Below are positions 44,934-55,091 of a stretch of DNA of 64,000 bases, piece after piece. The stretch lies in IMG/VR virus record IMGVR_UViG_3300046055_000032, positions 22,145-86,144 of that record. The stretch is one strand, 5' to 3'. The stretch's first letter is position 1. Each line of letters starts with the position of its first letter. The DNA comes from a virus (Duplodnaviria; Heunggongvirae; Uroviricota; Caudoviricetes). A program made the translations under genes and the position numbers. The notes under the pieces are model-generated. The model was not told the DNA's origin. It worked only from the letters and a program-made list of their open reading frames with translations, and made no database searches.

Positions 44934-45653
44934 TCAATGTTCATGGCACACCTCGGACGCGAACGGGTTCCGGTACAGGATACTGTCGTGATCGCCGACC
45001 CGTGCCGCCATCTGGCGGTTCTCGGCACGTGCCTTCGCCTGCTTCATGTCCTCGATTGTGCGCGCCACGGCCCGTGCCGGGTTCTCGGCTTCGCGCTTCA
45101 CTTGGTTCGCCCACGCCGTCATGTTGCGCGCCACGTCCATTTTGCTGTCTTGGCCGTGCCCGGCGACCGGGTCCAGGTTCTTCCCGATGTGCACCGGCTC
45201 GTTCACGCCACCGTGCGTGTCCTTGAGCCGGTCCAGGATCTTGTTGCTCCAGCCCGTATAGTTCTGATTCACGACTTGCGCCTCCACGCTCATGTCGCGC
45301 AGCTCCTGTTTCGTGAAGTTAGCGTTACAGGTCGGGCACTGGCGCGGGATGCAGATCGTGGCCGGGTCCGCGAGCCGGTGACATTCCGGGCAACGCATCG
45401 GGTAATCGTGCTCCGGCAAGAACAGCCACTCGTTGTGCGTTCCGTGCCGGTTCTCTTGGTCCCGGTGCTTGTACTGGAACTTGCGCGGCAGCGACGTCCC
45501 GCCGGGACTGGATTGCTCAACCATCGTCGTCCCCTCGTCGCGTTGGTTCGCCGCACGTTTCACAGAACGGTTCCGCGCGCCCGCTGCTCTCCGCCTCGAT
45601 ATGCCCGACGGCCCGGCACAGTTCGTGTTTCGCGTCCGGTAGTACCTGGTCAA
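44934..45653 (-). CDS. hypothetical Zn-finger protein
   Basis: CPECHRL...CPTCNANF; the true start may be the internal MVEQSS (~45524). Confidence 0.45.
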   Translation of the reverse strand: MTRYYRTRNTNCAGPSGISRRRAAGARNRSVKRAANQRDEGTTMVEQSSPGGTSLPRKFQYKHRDQENRHGTHNEWLFLPEHDYPMRCPECHRLADPATICIPRQCPTCNANFTKQELRDMSVEAQVVNQNYTGWSNKILDRLKDTHGGVNEPVHIGKNLDPVAGHGQDSKMDVARNMTAWANQVKREAENPARAVARTIEDMKQAKARAENRQMAARVGDHDSILYRNPFASEVCHEH

Positions 45654-45703
45654 TGATCGGGTTCGTGGTCACGATAACGCCTCACTGTTCCGATGGATTC
45701 GCT

Positions 45704-45925
45704 TCATTCCCCGCACACTTCCTCGTACAGGGTCTCGACGCGCTCCGGCGATAACGTGCCGACGCGCTGCCCGGGATCAACCGCGATCGGGACGACGCCT
45801 TCGGGGAGGCGAGGCCGGACTTGCTGGATGAGTCGTTGCGCGGCCGCGGGCTCGCTCGTCTCCACGACGAGCACGTCACCCGGCTGCGGATCGAGAGTGT
45901 CGATGCGCGCGATCGCGTCATTCAT
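45704..45925 (-). CDS. hypothetical (73 aa)
   Basis: ORF. Confidence 0.45.
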   Translation of the reverse strand: MNDAIARIDTLDPQPGDVLVVETSEPAAAQRLIQQVRPRLPEGVVPIAVDPGQRVGTLSPERVETLYEEVCGE

Positions 45926-46063
45926 TCGCGCTCACCAACTCGCTCGGATCCTCGCGTCTCGTCGTGGGTTGCCCGCACACGACGCAAGCGCGCGGCACGT
46001 CCGCGTCACCGTCATGTACCCGCAACAGGAGATGCTCGCTACAGATCGGTACCAGGTTCGTCA

Positions 46064-46255
46064 TCACGCCGGCACCGCCCGGGTATTGCCGTCGCGCACG
46101 TCCTGTAACCGTTCCCGGAACGCTTCCAGGCTCAACACCGTCCGCGTACCGCAACGGCACGAAAGCGTCACGGTGCGCTCGTTGTGATTGAACGATCGCT
46201 GCATGTCTCGCCGGCAAATCGGGCATCGCGTCGGGTGAGGCTGTTCGCGCGTCAT
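46064..46255 (-). CDS. Zn-ribbon protein (63 aa)
   Basis: Internal ATG (MTREQPHPTRCPICRR...CRCG); ATGA overlap. Confidence 0.4.
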   Translation of the reverse strand: MTREQPHPTRCPICRRDMQRSFNHNERTVTLSCRCGTRTVLSLEAFRERLQDVRDGNTRAVPA

Positions 46256-46469
46256 GGGTTCGAGCGATCCTCGACGCCCCGGAACTCTTCCGGCGCCTCG
46301 GGAGGGTTCTCTTTCTGTTTTTGTAGATAGTTCTCCGATACGGCCTCGTCCGGGTCCGCGCCCTTGAACTCTGACATGTTCCCGTGACAGCAACGGTTGT
46401 CGGGACCGTTTTTGTCCAGATAGTCGTCCTCGTACACGCTACCGCACACCGTGCATCGTTGATGCGTCA
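46252..46469 (-). CDS. Zn-ribbon protein (72 aa)
   Basis: Internal ATG (MTHQRCTVCG...CCHG). Confidence 0.4.
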
Positions 46470-46472
46470 TGG

Positions 46473-47966
46473 TTACACCACCAAATCCAAGTCCGCGTTG
46501 TCGATCGCGCTCACACTGGGACCCGTCGCGAGGCTCATCGCGCCGTAACGTAGCGCGTCCATCGTGTGATCGTCCTTGTCCTGCGGCGTTTCCTTCGCCG
46601 GCTCGTCCTCGCCCGTTTCGGGGTAATGGTACCGGCGGATTTCGCGCTGCACGTTCTCGCACCGTTGCGCTACCATCAATCGCGGCAACCCGTCGTCTTG
46701 GATCGTTAACCGGCTCGTAACTTCCTGGATGCCCGGCATGATCTCGTTGTTCGCGCCCTCGCTCGGGAACCCGATGCGCGCCATTTTCTCGATCTCGTCC
46801 GGCTCGGACGGGTCACATACCATCGTGCCGTTACCGTGTTTGGCGACCCAGTTCTCTCGCACCCAGCGCCCCATCTCGGCGGCGAGCGTTTGCGTTCGAT
46901 AGTACTCGTCCGCGATGATCATGCGGCCGTCACCGTCCACGAGGCACAGCAAACACACGATCGGGTTCTGGTACCCCCAATCCACGAAGTAGCGTATGTC
47001 CTCCGGCCGGAAGCGGCGGTCGTTCGTGTGATCAACCCACGCGCCGTACTCGTCGTCGTACGAGAGATCGATGACGTGCGTATCGACCGAGAACCCCGGG
47101 TACACGAGACCTTCCAACTGCACGAACTCGCCGTGGATCTCTTGCGCCGCGAACTCGGAATCGCCGTACGTTCGTCGCAAGCTGCGAAGGTACTCGTCAC
47201 TCAACCACGGATTGTCCGTCGCACTCACGCGCACCCAATCGTACCCGTCCGTGGCGTCCTCGCTCGCGAACCGCTCGAACAGCCAATTGTGCCCGTTCGG
47301 GGTCGTCGTCACGACGCCACCTTGCGGGTAACCGACTTGCCGCAAACGCCCCACGATCACGTTCCAAGCGTCCGCGCTCGCGAACGCTGCCTCGTCCACG
47401 TGAAAGAACGCTGCGTCGATGCCGCGAAACGCGTCGTCGGGGTTCGTCGTCGTACGGAAATACACGTCACTGCCGTTCGTGAGGACGGTGTGTTTTTCGC
47501 CCTTGTTTCTACTGTGTAGCGCGAGCGGGTGCAGCACGTTAAAGAACGCCGGGATCGTGCTGGACATCAACTGCTTGTAACTGTTCGCGGCCACGATCGC
47601 CGTCAATCCCGGATGCTCGATCAACCACTTCACCGTCTCCGCGCAGCCCGTCAACGTTTTCCCGGACCCCAAACCGCCAACGAACGCCGCGAAACGGATG
47701 TCTTGTTCATCGTCCCGGACGCCATCACACAGCGCGTGAAACGCTTGCTGTTTCTCGTGCGGGTTCTCGTCATGCCAGGGATCGTAACCTTTCCCCTCCA
47801 ACGCATGATGCCAATGCCAACGATAGTTGCTCGCAACTAACCCAGCACGCACCAATTCTGCCTCGCTCGCACTCGACGAAACATGCTTCGGCTCACGCCG
47901 AACTGTATCCGGGAACTCCTCACGGAGCGACGTCCGCATCACTGTCAACTCCCTCGAAACGAGCAA
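46473..47966 (-). CDS. terL: terminase large subunit
   Basis: 497 aa; Walker A GLGSGKTLTG; ATPase plus C-terminal nuclease-like acidic residues; adjacent small subunit candidate. Confidence 0.8.
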   Translation of the reverse strand: MLVSRELTVMRTSLREEFPDTVRREPKHVSSSASEAELVRAGLVASNYRWHWHHALEGKGYDPWHDENPHEKQQAFHALCDGVRDDEQDIRFAAFVGGLGSGKTLTGCAETVKWLIEHPGLTAIVAANSYKQLMSSTIPAFFNVLHPLALHSRNKGEKHTVLTNGSDVYFRTTTNPDDAFRGIDAAFFHVDEAAFASADAWNVIVGRLRQVGYPQGGVVTTTPNGHNWLFERFASEDATDGYDWVRVSATDNPWLSDEYLRSLRRTYGDSEFAAQEIHGEFVQLEGLVYPGFSVDTHVIDLSYDDEYGAWVDHTNDRRFRPEDIRYFVDWGYQNPIVCLLCLVDGDGRMIIADEYYRTQTLAAEMGRWVRENWVAKHGNGTMVCDPSEPDEIEKMARIGFPSEGANNEIMPGIQEVTSRLTIQDDGLPRLMVAQRCENVQREIRRYHYPETGEDEPAKETPQDKDDHTMDALRYGAMSLATGPSVSAIDNADLDLVV

Positions 47967-48480
47967 TAACTTCCTCCGCGCGCTCCGGGTCCTCTTTCGC
48001 CAACTCCTCGACGAGAATATTCACGCTCTCGTCATGCTGCTCAACATTCGTCTGCTGCAACACGAGAGAAAAATTACCTTGTTCCTCAAAAAAGTCTTTA
48101 TTATTATGCCACCAGCCCGTGATGCGCGACTCGTAAAACTGCATCCGCTCGAACGCCTCCCCGTCACCCGACGCCTCAAACGCCTCCTCCGCCTCATCGT
48201 ACTTCCGCAAAAACTTCTCTAACCGCCGACGAGCCGTCTTCTGCAACTTACGCAACTCGTGCGCCATCCCCGCCTGCACGATCTCGTTCGTCCCATCCCC
48301 CAACCGCGACAAGAAATGCCCAATCGTTCGCGGATCAACAAAGACTGACTCCGTCTCCCTTAAATACTCCGTAACCTCCCCCGGCTCCATACCCTGACGC
48401 GTGCACTCCAAGATCTGCAAATGCAAACCCTCCCGCTGCAACTCGCTGATACGAACCTGCGGAAGGTCCTCCTCACTCAT
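47920..48480 (-). CDS. putative terminase small subunit
   Basis: 186 aa acidic helical protein immediately upstream of terL, overlapping it by 47 nt. Confidence 0.5.
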   Translation of the reverse strand: MSEEDLPQVRISELQREGLHLQILECTRQGMEPGEVTEYLRETESVFVDPRTIGHFLSRLGDGTNEIVQAGMAHELRKLQKTARRRLEKFLRKYDEAEEAFEASGDGEAFERMQFYESRITGWWHNNKDFFEEQGNFSLVLQQTNVEQHDESVNILVEELAKEDPERAEEVIARFEGVDSDADVAP

Positions 48481-48868
48481 CGCACCATAAAAGAGACCAA
48501 GTCCCCTATCAAACCTTGCCGACTTTAGTTAGCTAAAACATCGGGTGACGGAAACGCCAACACGACGAGACGGCTCCGATCACCGCCAACACGACGCGAA
48601 ACAAGAACGCAACAGATCACGTCACGACGACCGCGACCCTGTCGACCGGTGACGAGCAGCACCCTGCGCACCGAAACACGGACGACACAACTCCGGGTTC
48701 CGGCCAACGGTTCGCTGACTGGCGTCGTACCACTCGCCGCAGTTCGAGCACCGCCTCACCCCCGCAGATCCTCCCTATGGCAGTCCTCGTCAACGGGCGG
48801 TCGATGCCAAGTACTGCATCTCACGCACCATTCCTGACGCTCGGCTTTCCCCTCCCCACTAACGCTCA

Positions 48869-49174
48869 TCACTCACGCACCTCCTCGTTGAATGTTCGAG
48901 CCTGCTCGGCGATCCCCGCCGCCCCCTCGTCACAGCCGCCAGCCTCGCCCACGTCTTCGAGGCGGCGCAAGTCTCGCCGCATCGCCTCCTCGGGATCGTC
49001 ATCCCCGATCCCGTGGCTGTGTATGAGGGCCTGAACCACCTTGTGGTAGCAGGCGAGGCGACGAGCGGCATGGACCGGGCGCCCCTCGATCTCGTGCAAC
49101 GCTTCCTCAGCGTTGGCTCGCAGCGGCAGCGCAAGTTCGTTGACCTGCGAACGCTTTCCCCCGTCCTCGCTCAT
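48869..49174 (-). CDS. hypothetical (101 aa)
   Basis: ORF. Confidence 0.45.
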   Translation of the reverse strand: MSEDGGKRSQVNELALPLRANAEEALHEIEGRPVHAARRLACYHKVVQALIHSHGIGDDDPEEAMRRDLRRLEDVGEAGGCDEGAAGIAEQARTFNEEVRE

Positions 49175-49382
49175 GCCGTCACCACCTCGATCTTGGCGCC
49201 GGTCGGCGCGAAGACGTCACTCGCAAGACCGCTGCGCCGATGCTCATCCCCGCTCGCCGCAACCAGCGAGACGACACCGGTCACGCCACCACCTTCGAGC
49301 CGTCGCGCCCGCGGTCGGTTACCGACTCCCCCTCGCCGCCGCGGAACGTCGATCGTGATCGAGAGGACATGGTTAGCGTCTC

Positions 49383-49652
49383 CTACGTCACCTTGAATGT
49401 CCCGAGCACGGGCTCGAACACGCGCCCCCGCCCCAACAAAGCGTTCACGGCCTCTTCGACTGCTTGTTGGCTGAACCCTTGGCCGGTGAAGTGCTTCGCG
49501 ATCTCGTCGTAGGTCACGCCCGCACCGTCGTCGTGCTGGTCACAGTACGCAACGATGCGATCCCCCAACGGCCCCTCATCGACCCTCGGCCCGCGCACGG
49601 GCTCCTCGTTTGATTCACTCACACTCTCGAACGGGTGGTCGTCACTCATCAT
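49383..49652 (-). CDS. small winged-helix-like DNA-binding protein
   Basis: 89 aa; VTYDEIAKHFTGQGFSQQAVEEAVNALLGRGRV helix-turn-wing pattern. Confidence 0.45.
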   Translation of the reverse strand: MMSDDHPFESVSESNEEPVRGPRVDEGPLGDRIVAYCDQHDDGAGVTYDEIAKHFTGQGFSQQAVEEAVNALLGRGRVFEPVLGTFKVT

Positions 49653-49770
49653 GTGTCACTCCACGTGTGGATCGCTCGCATCGGGAAGCAACGCTGCCAG
49701 CAAGCCATTGAGCGGCTTCTCACGGCCGCACCCCCCAGCCCGCCCTCCCCCTTTCCCTCACGAGAACACC

Positions 49771-50390
49771 TCAAAACCACGCCTCCACCTCCCGCAGCGC
49801 ATTCTTGCGCTCCAGCACGAGACCCAACGCTTCGAGCGCCGCGACATAGTCAGCGTTAACGTTCTCGGCGCCGAAGGTCACGATCGCGCTCGCGAAGCTG
49901 GCGTGCCCATCCATCTCGCCCACGAAACCGACGCGATGATCAACGAACGTGAACAGGTCCGCGTCATTCAAGTGCTCGTGCCACCGATCCGTGGACGTGG
50001 CCGCAGACACCAACGCGGTGATAGTGTTGACGTCATCGCGCTCCGCTTCGCGAGCCATCTTGTCAGCCCACGGGTCGTTGAAGCGGCGCCCGTACGGCGG
50101 ATTCACCCACACATGCCCCCCCCCCAGGACTGGGCGAGCCCGTCAACGACGCGACGCGTGACATGTGCGAAAGGATTGGCGGGCGAGCCCCACTCCTCGC
50201 TCGGAACCGTCGGGGTGCAGTCGTTGTCGAGGGTCCAACGCTCGGCAGCGATCGGCGCCGGCTCGCACCCGGATGCGGGATCGAGGTCGAAACCACCGAG
50301 CGCGGCACCCAACGGCTCCCAAAGATAGCGAGGCGTCGCCCACTCGGGACCAGTGCCGTGCTCGCCGTAAAAGTCCGTTCCGTCACTCAT
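49771..50390 (-). pseudogene. phage Dam-type N6-adenine DNA methyltransferase split by a frameshift in a G10 (plus-strand C10) homopolymer
   Basis: N-terminal part (50103..50390) EWATPRYLWEPLGAALGGFDLDPAS resembles the Dam (PF05869-like) N-terminus and ends SWGGGMCG-stop; the C-terminal part (49771..50112) starts VWVNPPYG with the catalytic NPPY; an 8- or 11-G tract would fuse them in frame. Confidence 0.6.
50116..50125 (-). repeat. C10/G10 homopolymeric tract inside the methyltransferase gene
   Basis: acatg-cccccccccc-aggac. Confidence 0.9.
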
Positions 50391-50651
50391 CGTAGCTCTT
50401 CATCGCCGCAACTCGGGCAACCATCACTAAGCCGCTCGACGGCTTCCGGGGACCGGATCGGAAAGGTCTCCCCGCCATCCCGGCAGGTGACGTCGCTGGG
50501 GCTCGAATGTAACCGGGCTCGGTGAAGGTCATGCCAGAAACCCATCAATCACTCACTCTCCGCGACCGTTCCGTGGTGGGATCTCGGTCGTCGGCCCCGG
50601 TGATGCGCATCTCGCCGATGACGACCGGGACGCCGACAGCGACGTCACGCC

Positions 50652-50997
50652 TCACTCCCATGCCATCACCACGTCCGTGACGCCCAACCACTCCTCGATG
50701 CGCCGCTGCACGTCACGCGCAACGGCTCGCTCGTCGTCCGATAACAGCGACCCGTGCTCCGGTCGATCCTGAACGAGTTCCTCGTACCAAGAACAGTGAT
50801 CCCGTGCCCACGTCCGCAACGCTTCCTCGCCAACGTTCACGCGCTTCGCCGCGTCCTGCAAGGTCTCTTCGTCCGCGAGAACCCGTAACCGGTACTTGAC
50901 GTCGTCCTCAGACAACGCGCCCGCGAACGTCGGGCCCGCCAAGTACTGTTCGACGTCCGCTGGCACGTCACGCTCACTCTCCATCGTCATCACGCCC
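50652..50997 (-). CDS. hypothetical (about 115 aa)
   Basis: Internal ATG (MTMESERD) of track ORF 50652..51278. Confidence 0.4.
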
Positions 50998-51453
50998 GAT
51001 GCCGGCGTCGCGCGCCCGCTGCAACGCGGGTTGCGCCTCTTGGCTGATGGCGCCGTTCCGTGACCAGGCCGCGACGCGAGCCAGCGTGGCGTAGAGGTCC
51101 TCGGCGGTGCGCTCGTATTGGTCGTCATGCTCGTCCTCCACGAAACACCACAAGCACTCGTACCCGGTTCCCGTGAACGGTGCATCGAGCAGGTGCTCGC
51201 GGCACGCATCGTAACGGATGGTCGCGTTCCCGCGACGATCGGGGGGTTCAGTCTCGTCGCGGAGCACGTCCACGACACGCAACATTAACTCGGGCAACCC
51301 CCGCATGGGAGGGTGAGTCATCTCCTCGGGACGCACCTTCCCCTGCAACCATCGAGCCTGCTCCTCTAACCAGTCAAGATCGTTGGGGGACAAGAGCCTG
51401 CGATCGTGAGATCCTCGAACGGGGTCCGCGTTCTCGTGTTCGTTACTCGTCAT
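50974..51453 (-). CDS. hypothetical (159 aa)
   Basis: ORF. Confidence 0.4.
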   Translation of the reverse strand: MTSNEHENADPVRGSHDRRLLSPNDLDWLEEQARWLQGKVRPEEMTHPPMRGLPELMLRVVDVLRDETEPPDRRGNATIRYDACREHLLDAPFTGTGYECLWCFVEDEHDDQYERTAEDLYATLARVAAWSRNGAISQEAQPALQRARDAGIGRDDDGE

Positions 51454-51611
51454 GGGTGTCCTCCGAACAAGCGTTCACGTGATGGTGACCAGACAACAAA
51501 CGTTCAGCGACGTCACTCACCACCAGCTCGATCGCCGGATCGCGGCCGACGAGTGCGTTCTTGCATACAACGACGCCTCGCGCCTCTCCAGGTGTCGGAT
51601 GCTCGTGATCG

Positions 51612-51887
51612 TTAGTCATCGTCAGTGTCCTCCTCTCGTTGGCGTGCCTGATACATCTCGCGGGCGAAGTGACAGAACAGCGCTGGTCCGTGAACAATGA
51701 ACAGGAACATGCCAAGCGCACGCCAAAACATGACGTCGCCAACGAACCATTGCATCGCGTACAGGACGGCCGCGCACAGGAACGTGACGCCGCTCACGAG
51801 CAGGAACGCTTCCCCGAAGATGCGCTGCTCCCGCGGACTGTACGAATCAGTGACCATCCGCGACTCCGATCCGTTCTCGTGCCGCAT
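51612..51887 (-). CDS. small membrane protein
   Basis: Internal start; FLLVSGVTFLCAAVLYAMQWFV and ALGMFLFIVHGPALFCHF helices. Confidence 0.4.
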   Translation of the reverse strand: MRHENGSESRMVTDSYSPREQRIFGEAFLLVSGVTFLCAAVLYAMQWFVGDVMFWRALGMFLFIVHGPALFCHFAREMYQARQREEDTDDD

Positions 51888-52367
51888 GACAAGCCTCGCA
51901 ACGGAGCTGAAGCATGTCGCGCAACCGGCGGATCTCGTGGACGAGTCGCAAGCCGTCGTCCACGCTGAGATGCATCCCGTTGTCCAGCTTCGCCGCCAAA
52001 CGGTCAAGGACGTCCCGGGTAACGGGTTCGTGCTCGTCTACCGCCACGTGACGTCCCCTCCGTAACGGCAGAGTCGAGCCTGCCATGCGCCGTTGCGATC
52101 CATATGATGTTGCAGCATCGCGCTCGTCCCGAGGGAGCAGCGACAGACCCCACGAGGAACGCTACTCATCCTGCCCCTCCACGAACTCGGCGCGCAGACG
52201 GCGCAGATCCTCGAACTCCTCCGCGAGCACCACGTCGTTGCGTTGCCCCGACTCGGGGGGGCCGATCCTCGGCACCGAAACGTTCACATTGAAGCGCGGC
52301 GTACGCGATCTCCGTTGCCTTCTCAACGATGCGCAAGTAAAGCGTACTGTCGTCCCCGTACTCGGGA

Positions 52368-52736
52368 TCAACCATCATGTTCCTCCGTGGGTGGGTCACT
52401 GTACGTGGCGCCGCCGGCGCCGACGCGCACCTTCACGATCGGGCTTTCCGCGTCCGATAACAAGCTGCTGGGCGGGCAGCGCCGCAACAAGTTATCCACG
52501 ATGCCTTTCGTCGTCATCGCGCCACCGTGGCGCAAGAACGCGTTCATCAGGCCCAGGACATGACAGGCCTTGTCGCCGGACTTGGGTCCGTCAGGGTGCT
52601 CGTGATCGTGGACATGGAACGATCCGTTTTCGCTCCACCAAAAAGTGTGACGACCGCACCAGCAAGTGGTCGTGGGATCGTCCTTGCGAGCGTTACCGAT
52701 GAAACCGCACGCGTCACAGTACAGGAGCTTCGTCAT
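52368..52736 (-). CDS. Zn-ribbon protein (122 aa)
   Basis: CDACGF...CWCG. Confidence 0.45.
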   Translation of the reverse strand: MTKLLYCDACGFIGNARKDDPTTTCWCGRHTFWWSENGSFHVHDHEHPDGPKSGDKACHVLGLMNAFLRHGGAMTTKGIVDNLLRRCPPSSLLSDAESPIVKVRVGAGGATYSDPPTEEHDG

Positions 52737-52808
52737 CGCGACCCCCCGAACGAAACGAAACCAGGCTGGCGGTGCGGGGGGGTCGCCATGCAGCGCTCAC
52801 GAGTCACG

Positions 52809-53069
52809 TCAACGGGGGTCGTTGTCGTCATGCTCACCCTCCGTCCCATCAATGGTCGCCACCCAATCCTTGGGCTCGATGCGGAGCCTCGTGACGCCCC
52901 CGTCGTCCTTCATAGCGTTAACGAGCGCGTGACGGTCCAGACGCACGCAAACCACGTCCCGTGAGTCGCCGGCGTGCTCGGGCGGGACGAACCCGTCATC
53001 GAACGTGACCAATACGTGCTCGTCGTCGGCGGCGATCGTGGCCGTGATCGGTTCGTTCTCGTCAGTCAT
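52809..53069 (-). CDS. hypothetical (86 aa)
   Basis: ORF. Confidence 0.4.
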   Translation of the reverse strand: MTDENEPITATIAADDEHVLVTFDDGFVPPEHAGDSRDVVCVRLDRHALVNAMKDDGGVTRLRIEPKDWVATIDGTEGEHDDNDPR

Positions 53070-53524
53070 GGGTTAACGCCTCCACGTCGCAGCGATGCAT
53101 CGTAATCCATGCCCTTTACCCGCCCGCGGGACGCGTCCGCGTCGACCTTCGCGCCCCCGTTGTCCTTCGCGTCCATGAGCGCGTCAATCGCTTGTTGGGT
53201 GCGTTCCCGCATCCTGTGCGCGGCATCGCTGAGAGTGCGCGAGCTGTCGTCAGGCACGTCGATCGTTTCCGTGACGTCAGGGTCCAGCGCCTCGATGCGA
53301 TCCCGGCGCTCCCCCAACGCCTCGATGGCCACGAGCCATTGCTCCCGGAACGCGAACGTCCAACGATCATCGTTGTCGAGAGCGTGATGGTGACGGTACA
53401 GGAACAGGCACGTACCGGCCGGGTCACCGACGCCCAGCTCGTCATTGATGCGGCGGTACAACGCTTTCGCCAGCGCCTCGCTGGGTCCCGGGTCCAAGTC
53501 CACGACCACGTACGGGTCAGTCAT
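53066..53524 (-). CDS. hypothetical (152 aa)
   Basis: Internal ATG (MTDPYVVVDL) giving an ATGA overlap with the upstream gene. Confidence 0.45.
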   Translation of the reverse strand: MTDPYVVVDLDPGPSEALAKALYRRINDELGVGDPAGTCLFLYRHHHALDNDDRWTFAFREQWLVAIEALGERRDRIEALDPDVTETIDVPDDSSRTLSDAAHRMRERTQQAIDALMDAKDNGGAKVDADASRGRVKGMDYDASLRRGGVNP

Positions 53525-54381
53525 GTTGCTCCTCCAACTCGTTCTCTCGCGTCGGTTCGTCGCGCGCAAGCCCGCGGTTCGCGGGCGAGGACCTCGTCTA
53601 TCGCGAACTCTATGGCCCAGATCCACGGGTTGTCTCTCCATCGGAGTCCGTCCTCGTCGTAGGTCTCGTTCCATCGCCGTCGAAAACAAGCGATGGGGAT
53701 CTGCTCAGGCCGAGTGATGTCGCGGTGATCATAGTCAGCAGGAACAACGCCCTCAGCGTAAGCGTCCTCGCGCGACATCTCGTTTAGGCGCTCGACGCGG
53801 ACGTCGGTGACGTGCAACCAGATACGGGTCGCCCACTTCGGCATGTGAATGCTCGGCCGCCAACCGAACTCGTCCTCGTCGTAATCGAGCAGATGCCCGG
53901 GATCCTGCTTGTAGAACTCTTCCGCGAACCATTCCACGATCTCGGTTTCCTGTTCGTCGGTCCAATCAGCGTTCTCGGGATGCCGATACGCGCCGTCGGC
54001 CCGATAAACGATGACGGGCGCACCGCCACCGTTCTTGATCTCGGTCCCGGCGCGGTGCGTTTCCCGCACGTACGCGCGATCACCGGCTTGCACGATCGGG
54101 CAAAGAGACGCGGCGTGGTCGTGCTCGGGCCCACGCCCCGGATGGTCCGTTTCCAAGACGATCATCGTTCCCTCGCCGCCAGGCAAGTGACAGGACCACC
54201 AGACGCCCGAGTAATCGTTGCCGGTGATCGAGTCAACGCGCTCGAAGCGCTCCGGTTGCGGTTTTAGAGGGCGCCGCGTTTGGGTCTTGCGGCCGTCAAG
54301 GATGCCGCGAACCGAGCGAGCGTGGAACCGAAGCGGGCGCTCGCGGAGCGTGACGAGTTCCGTGAGGGAGGCGTCGCTCAT
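53521..54381 (-). CDS. ASCH/PUA-like domain protein
   Basis: Internal ATG; N-terminal RSVRGILDGRKTQTRRP and GDRAYVRETH match the common phage ASCH-domain family opening (..AIL.GRKTQTRR.. / GD.lwVRE). Confidence 0.5.
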   Translation of the reverse strand: MSDASLTELVTLRERPLRFHARSVRGILDGRKTQTRRPLKPQPERFERVDSITGNDYSGVWWSCHLPGGEGTMIVLETDHPGRGPEHDHAASLCPIVQAGDRAYVRETHRAGTEIKNGGGAPVIVYRADGAYRHPENADWTDEQETEIVEWFAEEFYKQDPGHLLDYDEDEFGWRPSIHMPKWATRIWLHVTDVRVERLNEMSREDAYAEGVVPADYDHRDITRPEQIPIACFRRRWNETYDEDGLRWRDNPWIWAIEFAIDEVLAREPRACARRTDARERVGGAT

Positions 54382-54677
54382 CAGACCCTCGCTCGCGTGA
54401 TGATGCGAACCCACTTGTCCAGGAGCTTCGTCGATTCCGTCGGCGGCTCCGGCGGCGCCGCATCGAGAGATCGGATGCGCGCGCGCAGCGCAGCGTTCGT
54501 GCGCCGCAACTCCCAGCTCGCTTGCACGAGATCCGCAGGCTTGGTGACGTGCAGGTCGTGACAGTACTCGCGTAACGGTCCCGGGAGCGCGTTGATGTTC
54601 TCGGGCGACGGCTCCCAATCCGGCGGGATCGTGACGGTGCGCGGACCTTGACGTCTCGTCGGGCTGCCCAGTGTCAC
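54381..54677 (-). CDS. hypothetical (98 aa)
   Basis: ORF. Confidence 0.4.
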   Translation of the reverse strand: MTLGSPTRRQGPRTVTIPPDWEPSPENINALPGPLREYCHDLHVTKPADLVQASWELRRTNAALRARIRSLDAAPPEPPTESTKLLDKWVRIITRARV

Positions 54678-54737
54678 GTCTTCAGCACCCCGAGAGGATC
54701 GTTACGAGCGGCGCGCGAGTCGTCCGTGTGCTCGTCG

Positions 54738-55091
54738 TCAGTCATCGCTGCCGTCACGCTCCGTCACGCTCGGGTCCCGGTGCTTCTGCACGGTCTCCAT
54801 CTCGAAACGGGACGAGTGGGTCGGGATACCGAAACCGTTCGCGTCCAACGCGTCACCGTGATGGATCGCAAGCAACATGACTTCGCACAGCTTCCCGAGC
54901 GTGCATTCCGCGGCCCCGAACGCGATCGCCGCACGACGCACCGCCGGATGACTCTTCAACGCGCCCGCGCTCACGTCCAAGGCCTCGCGCGCCTCCTCGT
55001 ATCGACGCATATGCTCTGCGGCCTCGATCAAGCCTTCCCGCTCCAGGCGTTCGCTCATGAGGTCCGCGTCGTCGGGATCGTTACTCGTCAT
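54738..55091 (-). CDS. hypothetical (117 aa)
   Basis: ORF. Confidence 0.4.
   Translation of the reverse strand: MTSNDPDDADLMSERLEREGLIEAAEHMRRYEEAREALDVSAGALKSHPAVRRAAIAFGAAECTLGKLCEVMLLAIHHGDALDANGFGIPTHSSRFEMETVQKHRDPSVTERDGSDD

Noticed and set aside
48481-48868. tRNA or small RNA in the ~390 nt gap upstream of the terminase small subunit
   Set aside because: I could not find a cloverleaf-compatible acceptor/T-arm pairing by eye. The region is better explained as a promoter/leader for the packaging operon. tRNAscan would be needed to exclude a tRNA.
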